DNA of 64,000 bases from Octopus vulgaris (GCA_951406725.2 OX597815.1:126666001-126730000), one strand, 5' to 3'; counted from the stretch's first letter, positions 1 to 11,559 are shown. Numbers and translations: made by a program. Notes: a model not told the origin generated them from the letters alone.

Positions 1-999
1 ATACAATAAAAGAATGCGTTTAGTGGTGACAGTGTTGTTTATTTGGCTATTGTTGTGGCCATCAGCTGCAGTATAACTAAAGTTGTATACCAAGTCATTT
101 TTTGAATAACAAAATAAGTTAGTATTTTAGAAGAGACATTTTCACAGTGTCAATACAATACCCAGAAAACATGACATAGCATTTGAAATATCATGCTGAA
201 TTTAATTCAATATATAAAAGTATATTTAAATAAATATTAGAATTCCTGCCAAAATGTTTCTGAAATATGAATAGAGAGAGAATATAAATTCAGAAGTTAT
301 AATAATCTCAACAATTTCTGCAGAAATATCTGTGATAAAACTGATTGCTGATTCTGTTTTGAAATGATGTCAGAGAATGTTGAGAAAAAGTTTAAAAAGT
401 ACAAGATTGCATAGAGAATATTACATTAAACAGTTAATTAAATGAAATAGAATTAATCACATTTACTACAATTGACTATGTGAACAAACTTAAATTTTGA
501 TATTACTGTAAAAGAGTTTGTAAACTATATTCTAAAGAAATGAGATATTTAGCATATAGTACAATGTTGCTGTTTCTAAATTAAGCCATAATTAATTATA
601 TACAAAGAAAATGAAATTTACATTTTCAAATATTTAATTAAAATACATTACAAAAATAATAATGGTGAAATTAATTAAAGAGTTCTAAAAGAATTGTAAT
701 TGCTTAGTTGATCTGAATTTGGTGGAACAAATTAACTTTCTATTATTAGCTATGATTGTTGGGTTAAGAGGATCACTTCACAACCACAAAGATTCCTGCT
801 CATCCTACTACATTGATATCATGGGCAACTGTTTTCTGGTATTTGTTCAAGTTAAACAATTTCTTGTGAGTAAAATTTCAATTAGTAACAATTGCACAGA
901 AGCCTGGCTTGCATATATATGTGGATAGATAAGTCTTATCCTTCTACCCTGATGAAGGAGGCTCTGAAGTTTACCAATATTTGTTTACTTCCATTATTA

Positions 1000-1885
1000 T
1001 CATCCCCATTTAACATCTCGTGTCCATGCTGGCATGGGTTAGATGGTTTGACTAGGCTGGCACACTGGAAGGCTGTGTCAGGCTCCTGTCTGACTGGCAT
1101 GTTTTCTATGGCTGGATGCACTTCCTATCACCAACCACTCCAAGAGTGTAATGGGTGCTTTTACGTGCCACTGGCATACGTGCAATTTGTGTGACACCAG
1201 TATATGTCATGACTGCAATTTTGCTCAGCTTCATGGGTATTCTCAAGCATGACATAATGCCAAAGGCTTGGTCATTGTCTGTGTAAGGCCCAACACTTGA
1301 AAGGAACTTGGCCACTTTGCCTCCATGAGGCTCAATGTTAGAAAGGAATTCAGCCACCTTGCTTTTATGAGGCCTGCTCGAAAGGAACTCAGCCACTTTG
1401 CCTCCATGAGGCCCAATGCTCAAAAGGAACTCAGTCACTTTGCCTCTATGAGGCCCAATGCTTGAAAGGAACTCAGCCACTATGCCTTTATGAGGCCCAA
1501 CACTCAAAAGGAACTTGGCCACTTTGCCTCCATGAGGCCCAACGTTCAAAGAATGATTTTGTACATGCCACCAAGGTGCACTTGGCCTGATGGGTCCTCT
1601 TAAGCAGAGCACACCGCCAAAGGTCTTGGTTAGTAGTCATTGCCTCTGTGAGGTTCGAAGTTTGAAGATCATGCTTCACCACCTCATCCCATGTCTTCCT
1701 GGGTCTACCTTTACCACAGGTTCCCTCCACAGTTAGAGATTGGCACTTCTTTACATAGCTGTCCTCATCCATACATATCACAAGACCATACCAGCACAAT
1801 CATCTTTCTTGCACACCACATTTGGTTCCCCTTATGCCTAACTTTTCTGTCAAGATGCTTACGCTCTGTCGAACATGCACACTGA
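1000..1885 (-). mobile_element. RTE-clade LINE 3' fragment
   Basis: Translates MDEDSYVKKC...GRPRKTWDEVVKHDL. Shares the 3' terminus (...ccatgccagcatgg...ttaa(gat)n) with the other copies. Confidence 0.8.
1286..1551. repeat. 42-bp minisatellite (~6 copies) within an RTE 3' region
   Basis: Unit ~gaaaggaactcagccactttgcctccatgaggcccaatgctc recurs at 1299, 1341, 1380, 1422, 1464 and 1506. Confidence 0.85.
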
Positions 1886-2387
1886 TATCAGCAGTACATT
1901 TCCCATCAACTAACATCTGCCAACATTATAAAGTAACTCTGAGCGCTTAAAAACAGCTGCTGGAATTTTAACAACTACCCTCTAATTCATTGAGTCTATG
2001 TAATATAAGCAAGCTTGCTCTATGAAAAATATATATATATTTATACTTGATTGTTTACGATTTGAAAATTTTGAGTCTGCCTTTTCTTTTTAAATGTATA
2101 AATGTATATATTTCTGGAAATTGTGTTTTGTAAACGACAGACTATGCTGATGATCTTGCAGATATCTGCGTGTTTTATATACATAGATATTAATAAGTGA
2201 AACCAATTGGTATGTAGGTAATCGTTTTTATTTCTTATGTTTTCATTTGTCTTGATCATTTTTTACATTTTGGCGTTTTTGCTGAGATTTTTTTCTTGAG
2301 AACACATTCTTGATGGTAATGGCGATTTGACATCTATGTTTAGCATATAGGGTGTCCACTTTAATGGTAATTCCTCTTAATTTTGTT

Positions 2388-2452
<65 letters not shown>

Positions 2453-2723
2453 TGCGTGCATGTGTGTATTAGTGTATATATAGTGAAAAATATAAAAAGA
2501 AAGGAAATGCACAGAAATTTTATGTTGAACGAAATATATATATATATTTCTATGAAATGGAATATTTGCATAGTCAACTTGCCTCACTTGTGCTGATCAT
2601 AACTAAAAAGTTAGTGATGATGTTACAATTTCATGCTATCATAAAAAATTTTCATTCCATGTTAGTAGAAGAAAGGATATTTTGTAAATGAATCAAGAGG
2701 CAAATACACACATACACACACAC

Positions 2724-2775
<52 letters not shown>

Positions 2776-2863
2776 TGTCCAACCTAAAATTTCTGTGCAT
2801 TTTCCTGTTTATATTTTTCACTACAATTCATCAAATGGAAATTTTTTCCAAAAATTTTTCACT

Positions 2864-2899
<36 letters not shown>

Positions 2900-3039
2900 T
2901 CATCATCATCATCATCGTTTAACGTCCGCTTTCCATGCTAGCATGGGTTGGACGGTTCAACTGGGGTCTGGCAAGCCCAAAGGCTGCACCAGGCCAGTCA
3001 GATCTGGCAGTGTTTCTACAGCTGGATGCCCTTCCTAAC

Positions 3040-3081
<42 letters not shown>

Positions 3082-4399
3082 CATGTGTGTGTGTGTGTGC
3101 ACGTGTGTGTGTCTGCGTGTTTGTGTGTGTACACATATTGTTTGTCTCTACATGTCTTAGCATTGTTATCAATTGGACAGCAGTGATGCTATTAATTGCT
3201 CATGTAAGTGCCAATCCAGCAGCTTGGGCATCTGACATACAAAGATATGGGATAAAGTACCTTACTTGATAACAAATAAGTACAGGTATAAAAAAGAGCA
3301 TCAGGTTATAGAATACTGTTAAAATGATGCTCAAGAATTCTCATCAAATCTATACCAGAATGTCTTGCAAACAACGTGCAACCATTTAAAAGCTCCATAT
3401 ATCGGAAGCTAGCAAGTGTATGGGGTCATCAGGAGAGAATGCGTGCCGTTTCGGGGCCTACCTCTCGACGGCATCAAATAAAAACATGTAAAAATGAATA
3501 AACAAATAAAAATTATGAAAAAGCTGTGAACTGAATCTGTGACACCAATATTTTAATAAACCACAGTAAATTATAATTGATGATAAATGGCTTTAATTTG
3601 ATAGAGTATCAATTCCAGTCTAAATTGCCCAGATGATCCTTATGGTGAGATCAGATCAGATAAAGTACATAGTATAATGTTATCTGACACACATATATAT
3701 GCGAAGGATGTGTACAACAATTAACTGAAAGAACAAAAAAGACAAAAACAAAAACAAAAAATGGATAAATCAATTTCATCAGCTAAATTTTTATCTAGAG
3801 TCATTAGGATTTCAGTACTTGGAAATATCAGTATTGCTTATCTGGAAAATAATCAGGTTCAAAGAAAACAAAATAAAGTCAAGTCCTACAACTAGAAACC
3901 AACATGACAGAGATATAAGACTGATAAGGAAAACTAGAACAGACACAAAATATTAGCAAAAATGGTGTCTTTGAGTTTGAGAGAGAGACAAACAAGGAAA
4001 ATGTTTGCACAGAAGAAAAATATATAAAGACTTTCATCTGGATATAATCTAATAAGAGAGAAATACTGAATGTGTATAGTGATGCTCACATGGCAAAACA
4101 ACAATAAATAGTGGATATCAGTAGAGATAGGTGGTATGAAAAGGAGAGAAAATGAGAGACATCGGGAGGAAGAAAAGGGCAATACAGAGTGAGAGAAAGG
4201 TATTGTAAGTCACAGTGAGAGATGACAAATCAGTTACAATAAATAATATGACTGTGTAAGCTAGAAATGAAAAATAATGGCAAATAATGTGCATGACAAT
4301 TAACAAGATTTCAACAGTGCCAATCTTATGTAATATAATATGAAAAATCTCTCTCCCTCTCTCTGTCTCCTCCCTATCTCTCTCTCTCTCTCTCTCTCT

Positions 4400-4455
<56 letters not shown>

Positions 4456-4462
4456 TCACACA

Positions 4463-4682
4463 CAGGGTTGACCAAAAGTCATCCGACAGTAAATCAAAAT
4501 TTCATAAATTCTATTTGTAATTCTTTATTGACTTGAATGGAAAAATGTATCACTCAAGGACTTCAGTGTGAACAATTCTCATATTTAGATACCTGTATTA
4601 AATTCATTCAGTTTTTAAACATAAATAAATCTTAGAATTAAATGGTTTTGGTTAACTGTCAGGTGACTTTTGCCCAACCCTG
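4463..4682. mobile_element. Tc1/mariner-type MITE
   Basis: TIRs cagggttgaccaaaagtcatccgacagt / actgtcaggtgacttttgcccaaccctg; followed by TA, within (TA)n. Confidence 0.75.
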
Positions 4683-4712
4683 TATATATAGATATATATA
4701 TATATATATATA

Positions 4713-4949
4713 TATAAGTCCATAAACAGTTTTTTTGGCTTTTTAGGGCTTTTTTTCTATAAAAACACTCGAAAGTGTCATTAGTATGCAGATCTATGAC
4801 AAAAATTGTAAATCCACTCCTGACAAACTGGAAGAAAGAGAGAAAGTTACCCAAAGACTAAAGGTTTGATCCAAATATTTATAATAGGCAGAACTACCCT
4901 GAGGGTACAATCAAGGCTAGATGATGGTGGTGTTAATCTGAGTGACAGG
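4713..4949. repeat. Left arm of a ~230-bp inverted duplication (partner 8903-9134) enclosing the pore exon
   Basis: Reverse complement aligns along its length, e.g. gtgtcattagtatgcagatctatgacaaaaattgtaa vs ttacaatttttgtcatagatctgcatactaatgacac. Confidence 0.9.
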
Positions 4950-5628
4950 GAATCTGTGGAAGAGGTAGACCCAGGAAGACCTGGGATGAGGTGGTGAAGC
5001 ACAACCTTCGAACATTAGGCCTCCCTGAGGCAATGAGTAGTGACCGACACCTTTGGAAATATGCTGTGCTTGAGAAGACCTGGCAAGCCAAGTGAGACCA
5101 TAACCCATGGCCTATGCCAGTGGTGTAACCAGCCCACTTATGCATACCTTTCCTTCATTGGACACTAAACTCTACATGTGAAGACCTGTTGAGACAAGTG
5201 AAATCGAAATCAAATTCAATGACAGAACTGCATGACTGGCATCCATGCTAGTGGAGCACTACAAGCACCATTCGAGTGTGATTGTTGCCAGGGCTGCTGA
5301 CTGGCTCCCGTGCCAGTGGCACGTAAAAAGCACCATTCAAGTGTGATCGTTACCAGCATCACCTTACTGGCACATGAAAAACAACATTCAAGTGAGGTTG
5401 TTGCCAGTGCTGCTGGACTGGTTCCTGTGCAGGTGGCACGTAAAAAACACCATTTGAGTGTGGCTGTTGCCAGTACTGCCTGACTGGCCCTCTGGCCTGT
5501 GGCATGTAAAAGCACCCACTACACTCTTGGAGTGGTTGGCATTAGGAAGGTCATCCAGCTGTAGAAACCTTGTCAAATCTGATTGGAGTCTGGTGCAGCC
5601 TCCTGGCTTGTCAGTTTTCAGTCAAACA
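4948..5628 (+). mobile_element. RTE-clade LINE 3' fragment
   Basis: ggaagaggtagacccaggaagacctgggatgaggtggtgaagc (GRGRPRKTWDEVVK) followed by the 3' UTR subrepeats shared with other copies. Confidence 0.8.
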
Positions 5629-6359
5629 GGTTTTTTTTAATTGTATTCTTATCTTATATGTATTGAATTTTAATGTATATATCTATGTTATTATGGTTCT
5701 CATTTTGTTAAATAAATAAGTCAACATTCTAATATCCTAAAGCTGATAAACCAATTAAATAGTTTCTCCATTTTCTTATTTGTAATATAAATTAATGGTA
5801 AAATATTTCTTTACCTTCACCCATTTAATACAATAAGTAAGTTAACTGCATTGCAATTAAAAACACTTGTGTATTAATAATTTGGGTATTATACCAACAG
5901 TATATTGGATAAGGATATTAGTAATATTAGTTTCTGGGTAATCTTCATTTCACAATACACAGTATAGGAGATTCAAATATATAGCATACCATAATACAAT
6001 AAACAGACATATATGATAGATGTAATCTTATTAATTTTAAAATCATATTCATATGTCATAATATTATAACAGTTATACTAGAGTTACTGCATTATAATTC
6101 ATCATACACATAAGTACATGCGTGTGTGCGACAAATAGATGTATATGCATATATATACCTACGTATAAATATACACAAATATCTATATCAGATTTCATTT
6201 CCTTTACATCTTAACGAAAGTATACAATTTCACAGAATATTGTGTAATAAAAGGTCATGTATGAAGAGATAAGAGACAGACTACATTCTTGTTATTCGTT
6301 ATTTATTAATATTTTAGTGGTTTAAATCTATCAGGGATTGGGGTAATATTATTATTATT

Positions 6360-6426
<67 letters not shown>

Positions 6427-6624
6427 TTAGTAATAATTAAATATTATATGTGTACTCATATACATGGATGTATATTGTTGCACTCCAGTATGTGTATATA
6501 TATGCATATATATGTATGAATAATTGTCTATATGCTTGTATATATGTTTAATTATGTCTATTTATATGTTTATGTACATATATAGGTGTATATATTTGAT
6601 TATGTATGTTTGTATGTATGTATG

Positions 6625-6672
<48 letters not shown>

Positions 6673-7072
6673 AGCATTATTTGTTTATATATATATATAT
6701 TGATTTGTACGTGTATCTTGTTTCATGTATATATTTATATTTTGAATGTACTTTATAATCTCTGATGAGGCCTATGGAAATATATAAGTACCTCATTTTT
6801 TAACTGCCTACAACCTCAATAAATTGACTTGTAAGGGCATAACAAATTACTTTTTCCAAAGGCTGAAACAGCTGTAAGAGTGATTTTAAGGATTTCAATA
6901 ATCTATATTAAGGTTTTTTTTTATTGTATTCTTATTTTATATGTATTGAATTTTAATGTATATACGTATGTTATTATGGTTCTCATTTTGTTAAATAAAT
7001 AAGTCAACATTCTAATATCCTAAAGCTGATAAACCAACTGAATTTTTCTCCATTTTCTTATTTGTAATAAAA
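5629..7072 (+). mobile_element. Penelope-like remnant with partial-tandem pseudo-LTR direct repeats and hammerhead
   Basis: ~160-bp direct repeat (5629-5790 vs ~6912-7072; ttgtattcttat...ttcttatttgtaat). The hammerhead at 6759-6879 lies just upstream of the second copy. Confidence 0.55.
6759..6879 (+). ncRNA. Minimal type I hammerhead ribozyme motif with large stem II loop
   Basis: UCU-CUGAUGA(6762-6768)-GGCCUAUGGAAA...UUUCCAAAGGCU-GAAA(6865-6868)-CAGCUG-UA-AGA. Stem II pairs 11 of 12; stem III is the palindrome ACAGCUGU. Confidence 0.75.
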
Positions 7073-7146
7073 ATTATATATATATATATATATATACATA
7101 TATGTATATTCACATTTATTCTGTGTTAACATAAGTAATATGTGTT

Positions 7147-7239
7147 GTCCTGAAGAACCATTGTGGATTTGTACCCTAAGCACTATGAACACCCACTGCA
7201 GAGGATGCAGATAACTACACTAGTGAAATGCATGTAGGT
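7147..7239 (+). ncRNA. Degenerate minimal hammerhead ribozyme motif
   Basis: GUC-CUGAAGA(7150-7156)-ACCAUUGUGG...CUACACUAGU-GAAA(7225-7228)-UGCAUG-UA-GGU. Core intact; stems carry mismatches and wobble pairs. Confidence 0.55.
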
Positions 7240-7302
7240 AATAAATGATATAAACTGTATACCATGTTTATCATATTCCCACCTACCACTGTTGTGTATG
7301 GG

Positions 7303-7371
<69 letters not shown>

Positions 7372-7377
<6 letters not shown>

Positions 7378-8004
7378 AAATAGAAAGATGAATTTTCTTG
7401 TTACAGATTATTCAAAAGTTTAACCGATACCTGGGTAGCATAAATCACAGCAGAAAATACACGCTTGGAGATAAGACCATTTGGTGTTGCAACCGTGCGT
7501 TGGTGCGGATAATTGAAGTTTAATATTATTATTGAATGGAAGAAATGGAGTTGAACGAAGATTGTACAGAATTCCTTTTATTACATTCTACACATGTTTC
7601 AAAGGCCACAAATTTCCAAATTCTGATTAAATAAGGGTACCTTATTGTGGCTTTCTCATCAGGAAAAAACAGGAATTCCATTGACAGAACAAAACAGAAC
7701 AGAGACGCAGCAATTCGAACGAGGGGGCTCTTTAAGAGCCCATGGCTGAACTGTTTATCAATGTACGCTGAAATCGGGGATTTGGTGCGTTGAAGATATC
7801 TACAGGTCAGGCGGCGGTCAGTTCTAGTGGGTGAGAGCAAGGGGAGTGGAGATGTTCTGTGTGACCAACTCTAATGTTCTGAATAATTTAAATTATTCAG
7901 AACATTAATCAGAATTTGGAAATTTGTGGCCTTTGAAACATGTGTAGAGTGTAATAAAAGGAATTCTGTACAATCTTCGTTCAACTCCATTTCTTCCATT
8001 CAAT

Positions 8005-8012
<8 letters not shown>
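7372..8012 (-). mobile_element. Non-autonomous Penelope-like / retrozyme-like element with hammerhead and inverted partial terminal repeat, inserted in (TA)n
   Basis: About 640 bp, CpG-retaining and non-coding, between two (TA)n tracts. Contains the minus-strand hammerhead, a 108-bp inverted repeat (7523-7630 vs 7905-8012) and a 36-bp perfect palindrome at the junction. Confidence 0.65.
7586..7665 (-). ncRNA. Minimal type I hammerhead ribozyme motif (Penelope-type), intact core, sense to KCNQ
   Basis: Minus strand reads UUC-CUGAUGA-GAAAGCCACAA...UUGUGGCCUUU-GAAA-CAUGUG-UA-GAA. Stem I is 3 bp, stem II pairs 10 of 11, stem III is short and contains the palindrome ACAUGU. Predicted GUA cleavage between 7589 and 7588. 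Confidence 0.8.
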
Positions 8013-8041
<29 letters not shown>

Positions 8042-8149
8042 CATATGTTCAATATATATATACATATATATGTAGATATTGCAAAAAAAAATATCACAAA
8101 CAACAGAAAAAATAGCTTAGTAAGTAGTTTGTATAAAAGTTTAACTTAC

Positions 8150-8260
8150 TGCTGGTAAAGCAAAAAATGAAATTGCGAAAACAGAAAAACATGAGGCAAC
8201 AATTCGTCCCATCCATGTTTGGGGTACTGTGTCTCCATATCCAATTGTGGTCACTGTTAT
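8150..8260 (-). CDS. KCNQ1: KCNQ1-like exon: selectivity filter (TIGYG) and S6 (equivalent to human exon 7)
   Basis: ttgcag|ATA ACA...CCA GCA|gtaagt translates [37 protein letters not shown]. 111 nt, phase 0 to 0. Confidence 0.97.
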
Positions 8261-8271
8261 CTGCAATAAGA

Positions 8272-8288
8272 AAATAATAATAATAATG

Positions 8289-8338
<50 letters not shown>

Positions 8339-8390
8339 CATAATAATAGTGATGATGATGGTAGTGGTGGTGGTGGTGGTGGTGATAGTC
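8272..8390. repeat. (AAT)n/(GAT)n/(GGT)n compound microsatellite abutting the pore-exon splice acceptor
   Basis: Minus strand reads (cac)n(cat)n(att)n ttcttattgcag|exon. Confidence 0.9.
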
Positions 8391-10049
8391 ATAATTGTGT
8401 AGTAGGCACAAGACCAGAAATTTTAAGGGAAAGGGATTTGTTGAACCATACAACCCTATACTTGACCATTAAATCATCAACTCCTGAAAGGATGAATCAT
8501 GAAGTAGGCTTTGGCAGGATTTGAAGAAAGAACATAGCATGCCAGAAGAAATTCCACAGAACATTTTGTCTAATACGTTAACAATTTTATCAGAAAGAGA
8601 AAAATATGTATAAGTAAGTTGCTACTGAGATTCTAATATATTAGAATATTAAAATTTCATAAGATATTAAAATGTATGATACCACAATACTATTCTACAG
8701 GGTGCTGGTATGACTGCGTGGTTAAGGAGTTTTCTTAACAACAATGAGGTTTAAGATTTTGAATCCACTATGCAAGTCTTTGAGCAAGTATTTTCTGCCT
8801 TAGCTGTGAGTTGACTGAAGCCTTGAAAGTGAAAATTGCTGCATGGAGAATGTGTAGAAGACTGTTAGTGTGACTGTTACTGATCTTGGATGGCAGACTG
8901 AACCTGTCACCCAGATTAACACCACCATCATCTAGCCCTTGATTGTACCCTCAGGGTAGTTCTGCCTATTGTAAGTATTTGAATCAAACCTTTAGTCTTT
9001 GGGTAGCTTTCTCTCTTTCTTCCAGATTGTCAGGAGTGGATCTTACAATTTTTGTCATAGATCTGCATACTAATGACACTTTCAAGTGTTTTTATAGAAA
9101 AGAAAAAGCCCAAAAGACTGTTTATGAACTTATATCCAATCTCATAAGAAAATTAATCATAAATATGGAAGATATTTTTCCAAAAAACATTTATTTTTAT
9201 AATGTAAATTTTCTTAGATGTTGACAGCTAAGTTTTGACATGATTATCAAACAACCAGCTAAAAGAGGAGAAATTCCCATCACGTTGCCAGCACAACATT
9301 GCACCTGCGATCAAAACACAGATCGAGACATAGTTTTGTGTTTTGGTCACAAATAGAAAAATTAGAGTTTTAACACTATAAGTGCTGTTTATACTTGAAA
9401 ACTGCTGATTGTTTTACAATAATTGTTTTTATTCTTACCAAATCAGATTTGAGCCTGTTGCAGCCTCCTGGCTTGCCAGTTCTCAGTCAAACCATCCAAC
9501 CCATGCCAGCATGGGAAGCGGACATTAAACAATGATGATGATGATGATGAGAAATTTCACTTTCAATTGCTTTTCAGTTACTTAGTCAAGGAAGAAAGAG
9601 CAGAGCCCATGACCCTTATTATTTTCAGGGTCTTTAAGACTGGTAGAAAGAAGGGAGGTGGTTATCCTTAAACTGGAAGCTTGGTTCAAGTGCTTCTTTG
9701 CAACAAAGTGAACTCTACTAAAGGCATGCAAGGACCAGGTAGCGGTATTAAGCTGAGGGACATATCAAGTCCGCTATTGGAGTTGAACATGATAGGATTT
9801 TGAACTGAAAATGCAAATAACCTGAACAAATACCACAAGACATCTTGTCTGATATTCTAATACTACTCAGTTCACTGTTCTGGATTGGTCCTTTATTTAT
9901 CAAACCCCTAAAAGATGAGCTCACAACCATGTAGTTTCAGGTTCTCCACACTGAGCGAAAACTTGAGAAAGTGTTTTCTACTATAACTCCTGGTTGATCA
10001 ATGCCTTGTGAGTGAAATTGATCGAGGGAAACTGCGTGGAATAGTGTTA

Positions 10050-10092
<43 letters not shown>

Positions 10093-10745
10093 CATTGTGT
10101 TTGATAACTAGTTTTTGTTAGTTTACATCTCTGTAACTTAACAATTCACTAAAAGAAGCTGACAGAATAAGCATCTGACTCCAAAAATAAGAGCTGGAGA
10201 AACACTTCAAGACAGTGTTCCAGCACAGCTGCAGTTCTATAGCTGCAACATATAAAAGGAGAAATGATAGTTGACTTTGCACTCAGATAGTGGAGGACTA
10301 GAATAAATAATATAAAGCATTTTCTTCTGTACTCTAACAATTCTACTAATTCATCACTTGTTGTTAATGTACCCAGAAAGACATTTGTCATTTTTCACTT
10401 TTCACCTTTTACTTGTTTCAGTCATTGGACTGTGGCCATGCTGGAGCACTATTTTGAAAGGTTTTAATCAAAGGAATCAATCCCAGTATTATTTTTTTTA
10501 TAATATTGTTATATGTTTTTAAATAATATTTTTATAATACTTTTATAATATTGTTATATTTCTTTTTATAATATTTTTACCATATTTTTTTAAAAATATT
10601 TATTCCATCAGGCTCTTTTGCCAAACTACTTAGTTACAGGGGTGTAAACAAACCAACACCAGTTGTCAGAAAAAAAAATAGATATAAACATTGACTGAAC
10701 GGACTGTCTCAGTTTATGAATAGACTAAAGAATTCATAGTCTTAA

Positions 10746-10969
10746 CCCTTTAGCATTCATATTATTCTGCCAAGCATAATGTTTGTTTATTCAAATTGGT
10801 TTGAATTAATCATGCATTATTATCTCACTGCTTCTAGATTTCAATGATGTCAGAGTATATTTTTATAATGACATTGTATGGTAGGTTTGAGAGGCCAAAT
10901 TTTGGTCAGTTTAAACATAAAACAAGTAGAATATTTAGGCTGGATATGGCTGGTTTAAATACTAAAGAG
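10746..10969. mobile_element. piggyBac-type MITE
   Basis: TTAA|ccctttagcatt...aatactaaagag|TTAA, 224 bp. Confidence 0.75.
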
Positions 10970-11559
10970 TTAAAAGCCACACATTTTTTGTTACCTGGTA
11001 ATTAAAAAGAAATTTTCATATAATAAAAGTTTATTATATGAGAAATAAGAGGTGTTTGTTTTTAATTTACTTTTCCGACTGAGATTTATCTTATATTCTT
11101 TTACTTGTTTCAGTCACTTGACTGTGGCTATGATGGAGCACCACCTTAAAGTATTTTCTGTCAAAGAAATTGACCCCAGAACTTATTTTTTGTAAGCTGA
11201 GTACTTATTCTATTAGTCTCTTTTGCTGAACTGCCATATCATGGGGACATAAACACACCAGCATCGGTTGTCAAGCGATGGCTGGAGGACAAATACAGAC
11301 ACACACACAACCAAATATATGCAGACTAAAATATTCTAAATAAAATATGAAATTACAGTAATTTCAATGTCATGATAAGCAAAAGCAAAACTGATCAACA
11401 AACATAGTCTAAAATATATTAAAAAATATATTAAGACTATGTAAAGTGTGTGCATTTTCTTTCTTTTATGTTATATATATATATAAATATATGTCTTGCA
11501 GTGCAACTCACCATGTGGGGATAATCAAAATTCCTCCCTTTTTGTTACTATATATATAC

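Noticed and set aside
1286-1551. CRISPR-like array
   Set aside because: Head-to-tail tandem repeat without unique spacers, in eukaryotic DNA with no cas genes.
1940-1980. Minus-strand IPAA resembling the next KCNQ exon (…RQIPAAA…)
   Set aside because: Context reads VVKIPAAVFKR with no GILGSGFALK upstream; chance match.
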